The notes under the pieces: model-generated
Databases searched by the model: none
What the model saw: only the letters and a program-made list of their open reading frames with translations
What the model was told of the DNA's origin: nothing
Position numbers and translations under genes: made by a program
In this document: one piece after another, positions 13,858 to 29,370 of the stretch
Layout of the letters: every line of letters begins with the position of its first letter
Position numbering within the stretch: the first letter of the stretch is position 1
Source of the DNA: Octopus vulgaris
Lineage: Eukaryota
Direction of reading: 5' to 3'
Assembly: GCA_951406725.2 (NCBI GenBank)
Contig: OX597833.1
Coordinates: 25,544,001-25,608,000, forward strand
DNA: 64,000 bases

Positions 13858-14094
13858 ATTAATAATAATAATAATTATAATATATTAAAAGGCCTAGCCC
13901 TTTCAGACATTGTCACGATAATTATTTCTGAGAATTACGCTAATGCTATAAGTATGAGAGGAATACTTGCGTTGTAATTCAATTAGTATCTCGTTCCGTT
14001 CATTGAACAATTGGAACACACAGCGTCAAAGGAAGACACGATGTTATATTAAATATATGAACTGCAGACAAACAGTTCGGTGTGTCTGTGTTAA

Positions 14095-14125
<31 letters not shown>

Positions 14126-14141
14126 GTGTGCGTGTGCGTGT

Positions 14142-14175
<34 letters not shown>

Positions 14176-14756
14176 TTGTGTGTGTGTGCGAGCGTGTGTG
14201 TGCGTGGCTGTCTGCATGTGTGTGTGTGTGTCTGTGTGTGTGCCTGTGTTTGTGTGCGTATTTGTATATTTAAAATATTGATAAAATATTAGATGTTGAA
14301 ATATGATTTACATCAATATTTAAGTATGTGTGTGTTTGTGCGCGCGTGTGTGTATGTTTATGTATGTATGAATGAGTGTGTTGCTGTGTGTGAGTGCAAT
14401 GTGTGTGTGTAAAGAAAAGGGAGAAAAGTTACCATCACATTTACTGAACGTAAATATATCTATATAATTTATAGGAAGCTTAAACTTCATAAATCGTTAC
14501 ATTCACGGAATCGTTACTGATCTCTGGAAAATTATATAAAAGTAGAGTCATAAAAGTTGCATCTAGGAGGCAAAAAGGTGTTTGAAATATACTTATATTC
14601 CTATAATTTCGTAACTGACGTCAAGAAATACAGTGTTACTTCATAAATATAGAGATATTTGAGCCTTGTGGGAAATGTTATACTCTGTGCAAATAGCTTA
14701 CAGCATCCTATCTTATGTCTGAAATTTAAAGTTTAGAAAAGCAGTTATATAATATT

Positions 14757-15395
14757 GATTTCAAATTTTGGTACAAGGCCAGCGATTTCGGGGTAGCGAG
14801 TGAGTCGATTAGATCGACCCCAGTGCTTAACTTTCAGCCCCGAAACGATGAAAGGCAAAGTCAACCTTGACGGAATTTGAACCCAGAATGTAAAAACAGA
14901 CGAAATTGCACTAAGCTTTTTGCCTGGTGTGTAAACAATTCAGCCCGATCGCCGCCTTAGAATCTTAAAATGTTGACTTTAAATGTTGGCACAGTGCCAC
15001 CAATTTCATCGGCGGAAATAAGACGTTTACGTCGACAACATTGCTGAACTGGTACTCATTTTAATGGCCCCGAAAGGAGGAAAGGCAAAGTCGACCTCGT
15101 TGGAATAAAGGCTTCTAATGTTAAAAGAGAAAGCTTCATATGTGAGTACATATTTCATACAGTTGACTCAGCCTCGTAAAATTTTTATTGTTGTTGATAT
15201 TTAACACTAGGAGACGCTTGACCGAGCAGATCTCTGGTCAAACACACACACACACACAGATACACACACACATACTTATAGAGACATATATAGCTTCTTG
15301 TAAACATTTCATTTGAATTCATAACGCAACGTCGGACGAAATACCAACAAGCATTTTCCCCAGTATGCTAACGATTCTGCCAGCTCACCGCCTTA
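14757..15395 (-). mobile_element. Cluster of three SINE family B copies/fragments
   Basis: Repeated cccgaaa..gatgaaaggcaaagtc(g/a)acct central motif (~14840, ~15070) and head tgccagctcaccgcctta (~15380-15395). Confidence 0.8.
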
Positions 15396-15418
15396 ATAAT
15401 AATAATAATAATAATAAT

Positions 15419-15991
15419 GCCCTGATGCAGTATAAATGCCCTGATGCAGTACCAGGCAGTGGCTCTCATAGCTTCTGATCTTAACTGATTGGAAGTGTTA
15501 TCATGTACATTGTTTTGTCTTGGTATAAAAGATGGGCTACAGCAAATATTCTGCTCAATACCACAGATTTTCTTGTCAGTTGTTTGACCTTCACCAGTTG
15601 AGCATGTCCCTTAGTGGCTGACGATATGTGCATCTCTGATCACGAGCAGAAGTAGTGGGGGAGCATCATAGCCATGTGTTGAGAGGGATTCTTTGGGGTT
15701 TGAATAATTCACCTCTGGAAACATGGGTGGTTCTTTCAACATCCTTAAACAACCCTTATTCAGGGACCTTTTGAGCGGGATGGGCTACTCAACCTGAAGA
15801 AAATTCTAACAGGGCCCCACCTGCAAGGTCATGTGCTGTTTATCTTGATATAAGATCACCATGTCGCGCACATATGGTTGTGATGCATGTGCCTGGTGTA
15901 CCCTTATCAGACGGGTAGTGATGATGGGTATATTGGGCTTCGTATATTTTACCCCAGTGTCACTTTGATGGCATGCACTGCTCTCTCACTC
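15419..15991. mobile_element. ~550-bp non-coding element inserted in (TAA)n, copy 1
   Basis: Runs from gccctgatgcagtaccaggcagtgg to gcactgctctctcactc, with (TAA)n on both sides. Co-terminal with the copy at 17513-18059. The left end carries a 19-bp terminal duplication. Confidence 0.85.
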
Positions 15992-16026
<35 letters not shown>

Positions 16027-16093
16027 TATAATAATAATAATAATAATAATGATGATGATAATATTAATAATAATAATAATAATAATAACAATG

Positions 16094-16194
<101 letters not shown>

Positions 16195-16224
16195 TTCATT
16201 TATTTGCCACAACAACAACATAAA

Positions 16225-17487
<1,263 letters not shown>

Positions 17488-17512
17488 AATAATAATAATA
17501 ATAATAATAACT

Positions 17513-18059
17513 GCCCTGATGCAGTACGAGGCAGTGCCTCACATGGCTTCTGATCATAACTGATTGGAAGTGTTATCATGTACATTGCTTTGTCTTGGTA
17601 TAAAAGATTGGCTAAAGCAAATATTCTGCTCACTACCACAGATTAACTTGTCAGTTGTTTGACCTTAACCAGTACAGCATGTCCCTTGGTGGCTGACGAT
17701 ATGTGCATCTCTGATCACAAGCAGAAGTAGTGAGGGAACTCATAGACATGTGTTTAGAGGGATTCTTTGGGGATTGGATAATTCACATTTGGAACCATGG
17801 GTGTGTCGTTCAACATCCTTAAACAACCCTTATTCATGGACCTTTTGAGTGGGATGGGATACTCGAAAAAATTCTAACTGGGCCCCACCTGCAACTTCAT
17901 GCGATGTTTATCTTGATATGAGATAACAATGTCACGTACATATGGCTGTGATGCATGTGCCTGATGTACTCTTATCAGAAGTGTAGTTATAATGGGTATA
18001 CTAAGCTTCGTATATTTTACTCCAGTGTCACGTCGATGGTATGCACTGCTCTCTCACTC
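17513..18059. mobile_element. ~550-bp non-coding element inserted in (TAA)n, copy 2
   Basis: Collinear, diverged copy of 15438-15991 with the same two termini. Confidence 0.85.
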
Positions 18060-18096
18060 AATAACAATAATTCTTTCTACTGTAGGCAAAAGACAC

Positions 18097-18154
<58 letters not shown>

Positions 18155-18157
<3 letters not shown>

Positions 18158-18770
18158 TAGTTTTATTTTTATTTTTATAGCGTGCTTTCACTTCACTACC
18201 GAGCGCAGCTCTGTGTGCCTTGGGTATGTGCTGTGATTTGTTGTGATGCTCTGATGGTTATTGTATGGAAAGTGTTCTGCGTAGGATGTGTGCAGTGCCT
18301 AGCAGTGCAATTTTCTGTATGTTATATGTGTTTGTAAGTCCTGGTGTTTTTGTTATGTATTTGTCTGAATATTTTTTTATCATGTCTAATGCACCTACTA
18401 TGATAGGAATTTTTTCTGTTTTCAGATTCCACATTCTAGTTACCTCTATTTCCAGGTCTTTGTATTTTGAGAGTTTCTCCATTTCTTTTAGAGACACGTT
18501 GTCATCTGCCGGTACTGATACATCAATTAGAAAGCATTTTTTTTTCTTCATGGTCTCTGACAACTATATCTGGTCTGTTGGCCTTAATTTCTCTATCTGT
18601 GTGTATCGGCATATCCCAGAGTATGGTTGCTTTCTCGTTTTCTGTGACCTTTTCTGGTGTGTGCCTATACCATCTTTTTTCTGTTGTTATTCCATAATGT
18701 TGGCATAGCTTTCAATGTATGTAAGTTCCAACTCTGTCATGTCTGTGAATATATTCCTTCTTAGCCAGGA

Positions 18771-18771
<1 letters not shown>
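18155..18771 (-). mobile_element. R4/Dong-like retrotransposon, 5'-truncated (RLE domain + 3'UTR)
   Basis: [18 protein letters not shown]...RPDIVV...CFLIDVSVPADDNVSLKEMEKLSKYKDLEIEVTRMWNLKTEKIPIIVGAL...IQKIALLGTAHILRRTLSIQ* (RHD and PD-(D/E)xK motifs). (TAA)n on the sense strand at both ends. Confidence 0.92.
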
Positions 18772-18851
<80 letters not shown>

Positions 18852-19025
18852 CATTATTATTTATTATTATTATTATTATTCCTTTGCAAATACCGATAGG
18901 GCACAGAAAGTGTGTCAAAAGCCAGCTGGAGAAGATGTTCTCCTGGGGCTACAAGCTACAGTAACATCCACCCTTAGTGGTTAGCCATATTTAGATGGCA
19001 AATATACTTCACTTTATTATTATTG

Positions 19026-19107
<82 letters not shown>

Positions 19108-19142
19108 CATTATTATTATTATTATTATTATTACTATTATTA

Positions 19143-19218
<76 letters not shown>

Positions 19219-19219
19219 T

Positions 19220-19249
<30 letters not shown>

Positions 19250-19250
<1 letters not shown>

Positions 19251-19730
19251 GAAAACACACATCTTATTTTGCTGGGTGTGATGGGAAGGGTCAGCTGTCC
19301 ACAGCCAGCAGACTAAGGTAACACTTGTTTACTGGTCATGCTTCAAGAACCTTGTGAAGAATTCTTGCAGTGCCAAGCAATGCTGATCTTTGTAGGTGTT
19401 CTATCTTCACACTTGCACCAATATCTTTCTGCCATTGTTGTGTTTGAGAGCTGATACTTCTAAGTGCACCAATTACTATTGATATCACGTCTACTTTCTC
19501 TTTCATCACAACCTTCGTGTTTCCTACTTCAAATCGTCATAGCTGTTTATTTGTTCTTCTTTCACAATGAGCATGTTGTCACCGCAGCATGCTATGTCGA
19601 TTATCATACATGTTCTTCCATTTTTATTCACCGCAACGAAGTCCAGTTTCCGATGTCTGGTCTGGTGATCGCACTGGATCATTGTTTCCTACAAGATTTT
19701 GCAATTCTCATTTTCGGTGACTCATTCTAG
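19250..19730 (-). mobile_element. R4/Dong-like 3' fragment (second family), decayed
   Basis: Minus strand reads ENENCKIL*ETMIQCDHQTRHRKLDFVAVNKNGRTCMIIDIAC...YDDLK...IVIGAL...LQRSALLGTARILHKVLEA*. The 3' end runs into (TAA)n. Confidence 0.85.
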
Positions 19731-20315
19731 AGTTTGCTCATACAACGTCTTTGCTGTTTGAAGGCCGTGTTTTCCACAGAGCTCCCAATGGATCGTTCTT
19801 GCCACATTGTCATGGCGTCTTTTGTGTTCGCGTTGTGCCATTTTCGAGCACTCGCTAACGATGTGCCATGGCGTTTCACCCCTTTCATCACATACTTACC
19901 GTGGGCTCCTAAACTGAATTGTTCGCGCACATATACACGCACGTGCGCATGCTCGTTCACAGACATACACACAAACACACAGAAACAAAACGACATATAT
20001 GTGTGTACGTGCGATATATGTTTTGATGTGTGTATGTATGCGCACATGTCTGTGTGTTCATGAAACTGTTGCTGCATTTGTCTAATACAATGCGTTTGGT
20101 TATTTTTTCATTTTTCCACTTTTAAATGCATCACATCGTACTCTCTAATAATTCTATGAGTTTAAGACGCGCTGAGGTTAAAAGGAAATATTAAAGTGTG
20201 CTAAGGAATCAATAACCTGGAAAATTACAAGAACTGCCGCAAACCGCGAAGTTTGTAATATTAGAAGAGTGCGAAGAAAGAAGACAAATAAATAGAAAAG
20301 TAAAAGAATAAAAAT

Positions 20316-20473
20316 AGGAGTGGCTGTGTGGAAAGTAGCTTGCTTCCCAACCACATGGTTCCGGGTTCAGTCCCACTGTGTCACCTTGGGCAAGGGTCTT
20401 CTGCTATAACCTCGGGCCGACCAAAGAATTATGAGTGGATTTGGTAGACGGAAACTGAAAGAAGCATGTCGCT

Positions 20474-20516
<43 letters not shown>

Positions 20517-20753
20517 GTGTGTGTGCGTGTGTGTGAACGTGTGTGTGCGTGTGTGTGTGTTAGTGTTTGTTCCCACACCCCATTGTTTGACAACCGTAAT
20601 TGGTGTGTTTACGTCCCGTAACGTAGCGGTTCGGCAAAAGACGCCGATAGAATAAGTACTAGGCTTACAAATAATTAGTTCTGGGATCGAATTGTTTGAT
20701 TAAAGGCGTGATCCAGCATGGCCGCAGTCAAATGACCGAAACTCATAAAAGAA
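20316..20753 (+). mobile_element. SINE family A
   Basis: aggagtggctgtgtgg...gttcagtcccactgtgtcaccttgggcaag...ggccgcagtcaaatgaccgaaac. Confidence 0.9.
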
Positions 20754-22032
20754 TATAAACAACAAGAGAGTGAAATTTAATTGCGTAACAAAAATATATG
20801 TTTAAAAGATGGTATTTATTTTTGTTTTTAGCTCTGTGTCGAGGGGATTTAAATGTCAAACCTGGGAATGAATCGTATGAAATGTCATACGATACTTAGG
20901 TACAAATCTTTACTTTCGAAATCAAATATCCGCCATTATGACCCTTCTGTCTGAAACTTCCCTGGTGTAAAAGTAATGTATTTTGAGTACTAATCGACAT
21001 TTTATGGCCTTCAGCCTACCTAAGATTTCATTATTAGTTATATTAAGTGCTTGGATAATCAGTAACAGAAGATCGCTACATAAAAGAGCTCGCGAAGTAT
21101 AGCAGTGTAATTTGAGCTTGTGAGTCCTCTAATTTGCATTTCATCTTAAACCGAATAATTAATAATCAGGTACTAGGATTTGATTTAATTTATTTATGCT
21201 GTTACCGTTCAGTCCGTAAACCTGTGTGAGGAGAAAATGTTAGAATACATTGTTAGAATGCATTAGAATACATTGTGAGGGTGGTGAGGTAGCAGGAACT
21301 GTGGTGTGCCAAATAAAGTTCTTTGGATGAATTTGTTTCATTTTCTTCCGTTTCAAATTTGATTCATCCAAAGTCGATTTAAATGACAATAACCCTCACC
21401 TCTGAAAAAGCGGGCACGAGTCTATTTTTATTCATAAATGACAATTAGATGTGATAATTTATTGTAAATAGGAAGATTACATTGATTTCTGCCAGATACC
21501 TGACAATTGAAAGACGAGGCATTGTATTGATGTAACTCAGATGTTATATCTTCATATTCACTCTGACTCCTGTCATGATTCTGGGGTTTATTTCATGCTG
21601 TTTCCGTTCAAATACTTGTAGCTAGACGACATTAGATTCTAACTCATAACTGTAGAGTATTAATTACATTCGATACTATTGCGGAATGATTTACCTATCT
21701 TCACCTTCCAGGTCAAGAATCTACAGGTAAAATATCGATTTTTTAAATCCCAGAGAATTTAGAAGGCAATAACGAGAGAGAAAGAGAAAGATCTGGCAAT
21801 GCAATAACATTTGTTGATTTACTTTCAGCAGCGTCTTTAAATGCTGTTTAACCTGGTAAGATAATATTAGGCTAAAGTCTACGGCTTCTATGAATGTTTA
21901 TATTTTGCCGGAACAGGAAAAAATATTATACATGTGAGGTGTTGGGGGACAGGCTTAAACGATCCGTATAAAACAAAACGCCAAATTCATCTGAAAAAAT
22001 AATACGAGAGACAATACAAAGTATGGTGTGTG

Positions 22033-22074
<42 letters not shown>

Positions 22075-22711
22075 CACACATACACACATTTATATAAATA
22101 ATTGTTGAGTGACATGCTTGTGAAATGTCGAAAATTTGAAAAGTTTTCAAGGTTTGTTGTATGCAAAAGTTAATTTGCAGTTCCAAGGCAAAGTAACATA
22201 AAAGTATGAGGATGTACGGCAGAATATCGTTCCAACAGAAGAAATGAAGCAACACGTCTAATACTTGATATAATATATATATATATATATATATCAGAAA
22301 ATAAGAAGCTATAGAGCACCTTCTAATTAGTTCTGCCTGTCAGAAATAGACAAATTTGAGGAGATGGTTATCACACACAGCACATTTCGTACTTCAGAGA
22401 TATTTATTATATCGGTTAAAAGGAAAATGCAAAGAACAGATTTGAAATTAGAATCTTGAATTCTGCGATCAAACACCGCAACCTCCGTCCACACCATTAC
22501 CGTTGACTTCCCAATTATAATAATTATTTTTCCTGACACAGGCATAGAGACAGAATTTGAATTCAGAAAGGTTCATCGATGATTAACTTAACTCACAGGG
22601 ATGAAAGTCGACTATGCTGGAATTTGAATTCACATCTTAAAACCGAAAGAAATGCTACTAAGCATTTTCTCCGGTGCGATAACAATTCTGCTAACTCACC
22701 ACCGTAATATC

Positions 22712-22748
<37 letters not shown>

Positions 22749-22985
22749 CGATAAGAAAGAAAGGAAATTCGATAGATATGACTAGTTAGCGTGGGAGGTT
22801 AAGCAGTTGTAGCCGCTGAAAAAGGTAGCGGTAGTACCAATAATTGTCGGAGTCCTGGGAACAGTGAGTAAAACATCTTGAGATTACATGGAACAAATAG
22901 GGGCTGCAATAATTGTGGAGCAGTTGCAGAAAACAGCACTGCTTGGAACCGCTCGAATAATCCAGATTGTGCTCGAAAAATAAGG
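22749..22985 (+). mobile_element. R4/Dong-like RLE C-terminal fragment
   Basis: Follows (TAA)n. Translates KKERKFDRYD*LAWEVKQL*PLKKVAVVPIIVGVLGTVSK...LQKTALLGTARIIQIVLEK*. Confidence 0.85.
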
Positions 22986-22989
22986 AGTG

Positions 22990-23170
22990 TCGGCATTAGG
23001 GAGCAGTTTAGGGCGAAGGGGTCAAGTCGATTAAACCGACCCCAGTGTTTCACTGGTACTTATTTTATCGACCTCGAAAGGATGAAAGACTATGTCAACC
23101 TCGACGGGATTTGAGAACGTAAAGATGCTACGCATTTTGCCCGGCGTGCTCACGATTCGGCCATCTCACT
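22990..23170 (-). mobile_element. SINE family B
   Basis: cgaccccagtgtttcactggtacttattttatcgacctcgaaaggatgaaag...gcattttgcccggcgtgctcacgatt. Confidence 0.8.
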
Positions 23171-23179
23171 GTCTCACTG

Positions 23180-23231
<52 letters not shown>

Positions 23232-23310
23232 AACTACTACTACTACCACCACCACCACCACCATCACCACCACCACCACCACCATCACTACCACCACCGC
23301 TAATAATAAT

Positions 23311-23616
23311 AGCAAAAGGGGATGATTGCTTCTTAGCTCAGCTACCAGAAAATCAAGAAATAGCATAAATTTAAAAAATAGTGCTCATGGGAACTGCTGA
23401 TGTCCTACGTAACATACTGTCTATGAAATCTCAAATTTTAAAACAAACTTACAATTTTCTTGTTTTCTTTAAAATTCTCTAGAACAATAATATGTGCAAA
23501 ACCAAATATATGACACCTTAGGCATAACACCAACATGAAATTCTAACTTATTGTCTCTTGAAGTCTCTGGTTGAGACTTGGGTCCAACTTATAGAAATGC
23601 AAAGCAAAAGTCAAAC

Positions 23617-23618
<2 letters not shown>
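23311..23618 (+). mobile_element. R4/Dong-like 3' fragment (same family as 16724)
   Basis: atagtgctcatgggaactgctgatgtcctacg (IVLMGTADVLR), with a 3'UTR ending gcaaagcaaaagtcaaacat into a long TAA-based tract. Confidence 0.85.
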
Positions 23619-23667
<49 letters not shown>

Positions 23668-23687
23668 TAATAGTAATAGTAATAGTA

Positions 23688-23744
<57 letters not shown>

Positions 23745-23749
23745 TTAAT

Positions 23750-23784
<35 letters not shown>

Positions 23785-23815
23785 TAACAATAATAACAAT
23801 AACAATAACAATAAC

Positions 23816-23911
<96 letters not shown>

Positions 23912-23972
23912 AATAATGATAATATTAATGGTAATAATAATAATAATGATAATAATAGTAATAGTAATAGTA

Positions 23973-24057
<85 letters not shown>

Positions 24058-24081
24058 TATTAATAATAATAATAATAATAT

Positions 24082-24118
<37 letters not shown>

Positions 24119-24131
24119 AATAATGAATAAT

Positions 24132-24166
<35 letters not shown>

Positions 24167-24170
24167 TAAC

Positions 24171-24242
<72 letters not shown>

Positions 24243-24290
24243 TATAATAATGATGATGATGATAATAATTACAACAAGAATGACAATAAT
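23619..24290 (+). repeat. Compound (TAA)/(TGATAA)/(TAGTAA)/(CAATAA) microsatellite, ~670 bp
   Basis: Direct reading of the sequence. Confidence 0.95.
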
Positions 24291-24769
24291 ATGGTGATGT
24301 TATGTTGTAAAATGTGTTCGGCTGCTTATCGGCTGTATAAAGCATATGGAAAACTCATACGCATACGGGTTGAGTTGTTTTAGCGGAAGACTAATAATGA
24401 ACCTATCAGATGTGATTTATGTTACAAGAGGCCAGAGAAAGGCAAACAGATTATAATGTACGAGAAATAGAGTAACAAAAGTTAAAAGAAAAACATATCC
24501 TATATAGTTGTCTCATGTAATAACATGTAATAACAGATATAATGTGAGAGATCAGATATTGAATATACGAAAGCACACAGGAAAGGTAGATGGAGAAAGA
24601 GAAACGAGATACTGGGATGGAAAGAAGGAGCGAGTGAGAGGTGAGAGAAAGAGAGAGATAGAAGGATAAAGAGAGAAGAGTGTGTGTCTGAGAGACAGTG
24701 ACAGATAAATAGATAGATAAGAATATAAGCAGAAATAGATATGTATATATGTATGTATATATATATGTA

Positions 24770-24803
<34 letters not shown>

Positions 24804-24915
24804 CTCACATATATTTATATAGATATACTCACATATATTTATATATATATATATACATACATTTATGTATATAAATAAATATATGCATATGTATGTATAT
24901 ATGTTTATATATCTA

Positions 24916-25012
<97 letters not shown>

Positions 25013-25029
25013 GTATATATATGTATGTG

Positions 25030-25148
<119 letters not shown>

Positions 25149-25439
25149 CTATACATACACATACATAAATGTACAACAATATTAGCTCATGCATTTATAT
25201 TATACATTTGAAAGTTGTCCTGAAAGTGATGCGAAATTGGGTATACTTTGTGTGTGTGCGTCTTTGTGAGTTTTTGTATGTATTCATATCTGTACATGTG
25301 TATATCTTAATATCTATCTACTTATCTGTGTATTTGCGTGTGTATATCATTCGTATTTTCTTCTCGTTCTGCTCTAACGACTCTTTACGTTTGTTTTCCT
25401 TCGATTTCCTTGTATATCAACACTGTCCTGCATTTGTTC

Positions 25440-25679
25440 TCCATTTTGACCCTCAATAAAATCCAAAATTATATTTTGGAGTTTATGGGAGCAACTGTCC
25501 TCGAAGACTCATGTTGTCTTTGAATGCTCGAAATGAGGAGTTGGTAGACAGCCGACGACTGATGAAGGATCGTCCTCCGAGTTACTGTCCTGTTTTCGCT
25601 TTTTTCTTTCGCTGTTTGTGTATTGGACTCATTTGTTTTCGTAGTTCATGTTGTTTACACAGCTCGTGACGTCCTGTAC
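25440..25679 (+). mobile_element. Interspersed repeat 3' end (possibly Penelope-associated), family shared with 47853-48260
   Basis: Shared blocks tgctcgaaa...gacag.c.ac.ac.gatgaa.g and terminus ttcatg.tgtttac...gtgacgtcctgtac abutting TA-rich repeats. Confidence 0.55.
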
Positions 25680-25699
25680 AAATATATGCATATATATGA

Positions 25700-25748
<49 letters not shown>

Positions 25749-27577
25749 GAGAGAGAGAGAGAGAGTGGCTTAGATAGATATATACCGACATATGTTTACG
25801 AGATACATATATGTGTCTATGTATATATACATGCGTATATATACTACATATGCATAATATATACGTATAATATATGTACAAATATGCACACACCCACGTA
25901 GTACATACATGCATACATACACAACCACACACACACACGCACCACACAAACGTGTGTATGTGTGTGTTGTCTGTGTGTGTGTTTACCTGCATATGTGTAC
26001 AAGTGTGTGTTTGCGTATTTGTCTGGTCTGATTTTTGTGGTCCGTATCTTCATATCCTATCATGCTTGTAGAACGAGTGACACCGTCTTCCATGACAATA
26101 TGCTTATATTACACTGCTTGGAAACGGATGAATATTATTAGCAAGAAGACCATCTTGCATAAAATCTGTCTTAAAGAATTTCGCCTGACTCATGAAAATA
26201 TCACCTATTAAAACGACCTCTATGTTAAAAGCAGGTTACGCAAAATTTATTCCATCTTCTTTATAATATGTAAATTATTTCTGCTATTAAAATTTCTCTT
26301 CAAAGAAATGCAGAAAATCTTTAAGAATCCTTTTTATATATCTTCTAGAACAGAAAGAAGAACAGGATCAACAATAACAAAATAAATTAAAAATGGAAAC
26401 AAAAATCAAGCAATAAAGAACAAAGTGTATATTAATGAGCGAATAAGTGTGGAGGTAAAGAAATATAAAATATTGTTTTAAGATGTAAACTATACAAAGT
26501 GGTAGAATTAAATTGATGAAGAATTCAATTGTGAATAAGAGTATTATGCGAAAGTTGTTACTTTATATAATGTAGAATTTAAATTTAGCCTCATAAGTCA
26601 AGTGAAATAAGGAATAATCATTACTGTCTTACACATCATAATAGAAAATAAAACAGAGAAAGAAATATCGAACCAGCGATAAAATAAATGAATAAATATC
26701 AAGCTAGCGATGAAAAGATTTAAGAAGCACATACAGGTATATTTATATGGCATGACTAATAAAATGAGAAACGACAAATTTGAAAAGTATACAAACGCAA
26801 ACAGCTATAAAAATGCAAAAACTATATCAGTAAGAATATAAGTATAATAATAAGGTTGTGCAAATCAGGAAGCATAATTGTCGCGGCAGAGGAAATGTTT
26901 AAATTTTTTAAAGAGGTCTCAAAAAGAAGGAGGCGGAAAGTCTACATTCTTTCGCGATGTTTGTCGGGTGTTGATTGTGGCAGTTGATTGGAAGGTGTTA
27001 GGGGATGCGAAAAAGAAACTGATGCTGCTTCGTTTCCTCATTCACTAAACAAATCTCAGTCATCAGCTGAACGCGACATCAATGTTGCCCTCTTTTGCCT
27101 TGTCAAAGACCCTCAAGTCACGTGGTTACCGTAGATGTGATTACATGGTAATTCTTAGTGGAAGAGTAGGAAGCAAATGAATAAAGTGCAGGACGATGGA
27201 CGGTGGTGGATGGGTTCAGGTGTTGTGCATGGATAGCTGTTATGAGATAAATTCAAGCATTGAATGTTGTTGGAGGCGAAGTTACTCCAGGTTAGCGAAC
27301 GGAATTAGTAACATTAGAGGAGTTACTTAGTATAGCAACCCGATGTAGTAGCGGCTAGCGAAAGAGTAATACGGCGTAGGCCAATGGCCGAAACATGCAT
27401 CACTTCTGGTGCACTCAGGAACGACACTCCAGTGTTGGTAGCGAAGGACCTCGCTGATGGCGCTTTATTTATAGAAGCTAAATGGAGGAATAAACAAACA
27501 CACATACATGCACGCAAGCAAGCACGAATGCACATGAACACATACATGAACACGCATATAAGGAAGAATAAACGTTT

Positions 27578-27638
<61 letters not shown>

Positions 27639-27779
27639 TTAAGATATGTATATACACTAACGTACATGGATACGCACACACTGAAGTATATTAAACAAGT
27701 TGTAAGAAAAGACTACATAAAGAATTTACATGTATGCATATGTGCGTGTAAGTGTGTGTGTTTGTAAAAGCATACATAC

Positions 27780-27834
<55 letters not shown>

Positions 27835-28844
27835 TATATATATATATGCGTATGTATATAGAAATTGACATAGACAAATGTTTAAATAAATCAATAGATA
27901 GATCGGTAGATAGATACATGCATGTATACTTACGTACATACATACATACAAACATACATAGATAGAGAATAAGTGCGAGAGGGAGAGGTAGACAGATGGT
28001 ATTCGTATGATATAATCATATTTTAGGTTGCACATCATATCTATAATGACATCTTGAAATACGTTAATAAGGCAACAGCTATCTCTGCTGATTGTAAATT
28101 GGAGGAGACGGGAGGGATAGAAAAACTTGTAGCAATATAAATAGATTGATGGATAGATAGATACATGGGCAGAAGAAATGGAGAGATCGATGTAAAGATC
28201 CATTGACTGATCGTGTTGAAAGGAGGAGAAGGGTAAGAAGGAAAAAAATAGAGAAAGTTTGGAGGGAAATTAATTGTGATATAGTATGATGTAATCTTAT
28301 TTTAGTCCGAAGTAGTTCACATCTTATGAAGACATCTCGAAATCTTAAAAATAACAAAAGTGCTTGTACATTAATAGATTTAGAAGATAATAGAAATACA
28401 CTATATATATATATATATATATATATTTTCAACATACATACGCATATATATATGTGTGTGTGTGCGTGTGTGTGTATGCATATACAAATGTATTATATAA
28501 GATTGTTGAATAGACAGAAAGGGACGTTGTGGGTAAGGGAGTGGAAAAATAAGATGGAGGGAGATAGAGAGGGAGATACAGATGCATTGTGATATTTTTG
28601 ATACAAATGCAATCATAATTTCTTATGCACACCATATCTACAAATGTGAGACAACCAATAATATCATTATTGATATCTATCATAAGTTCTGTCGGAAGCA
28701 AATATTTGATTAAATGCTTCCGAAGAGAGGATGTTTATAATCACTTTCACCAACCACATCCCGGATAATGCTTAGACGAGTCAAACCGAGCGGATAAAGT
28801 AGAACATTAGCTTCTCAGAGGTCTACATATAATGTTAAATTTGT

Positions 28845-29370
28845 TGATTGGTACTTAATTTATCGACATTGGAAGGATAAAAGGCAAAGTCGACCTCGGC
28901 GTGTTTTGAACTGGGAGCAGAAAATGCTGTAACTTAATACTGCAAGCATTTTGTCAGACACAGTAGCCATTCTACGACACTAATATAATAATGGGCCAGC
29001 AGTTTTAAGGAGACGAGCAAGACGATTGTATTCGCCCCCTGTATTTGCATGATACTTATTTTATCGACCAAGAATGAATAGCAAATTCGACATCGCTGTG
29101 CTTTGAACTCGAAACTTAAAAGTTGCTGCAACATAATACTGCATGCATTTGATTGGATACGGTAACGATTCTAAAACTGATTTCTAACTTAAGAAAAAAG
29201 TTCCAAATTCGGAGCGATGAGTTACTCGAATAAACACACTCTAGTTTTTAATTATTACTTTTCAAAAGATGAAAGATACATGTGGCATCACTAGGATTTG
29301 AACTCAGTGAGTAATGAGCTGGAACAAACACTGCCGGACATTTTCTCTGTCTCATTAACGATTCAGTTAT
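28845..29370 (-). mobile_element. Three tandem decayed SINE family B copies
   Basis: ggtacttaatttatcgac..aaggataaaaggcaaagtcgacctcggc, with similar blocks at ~29050 and ~29260. Confidence 0.65.

Noticed and set aside
27010-27070. Minus-strand CTGATGA...GAAAC
   Set aside because: Spacing and pairing are incompatible with a hammerhead fold.
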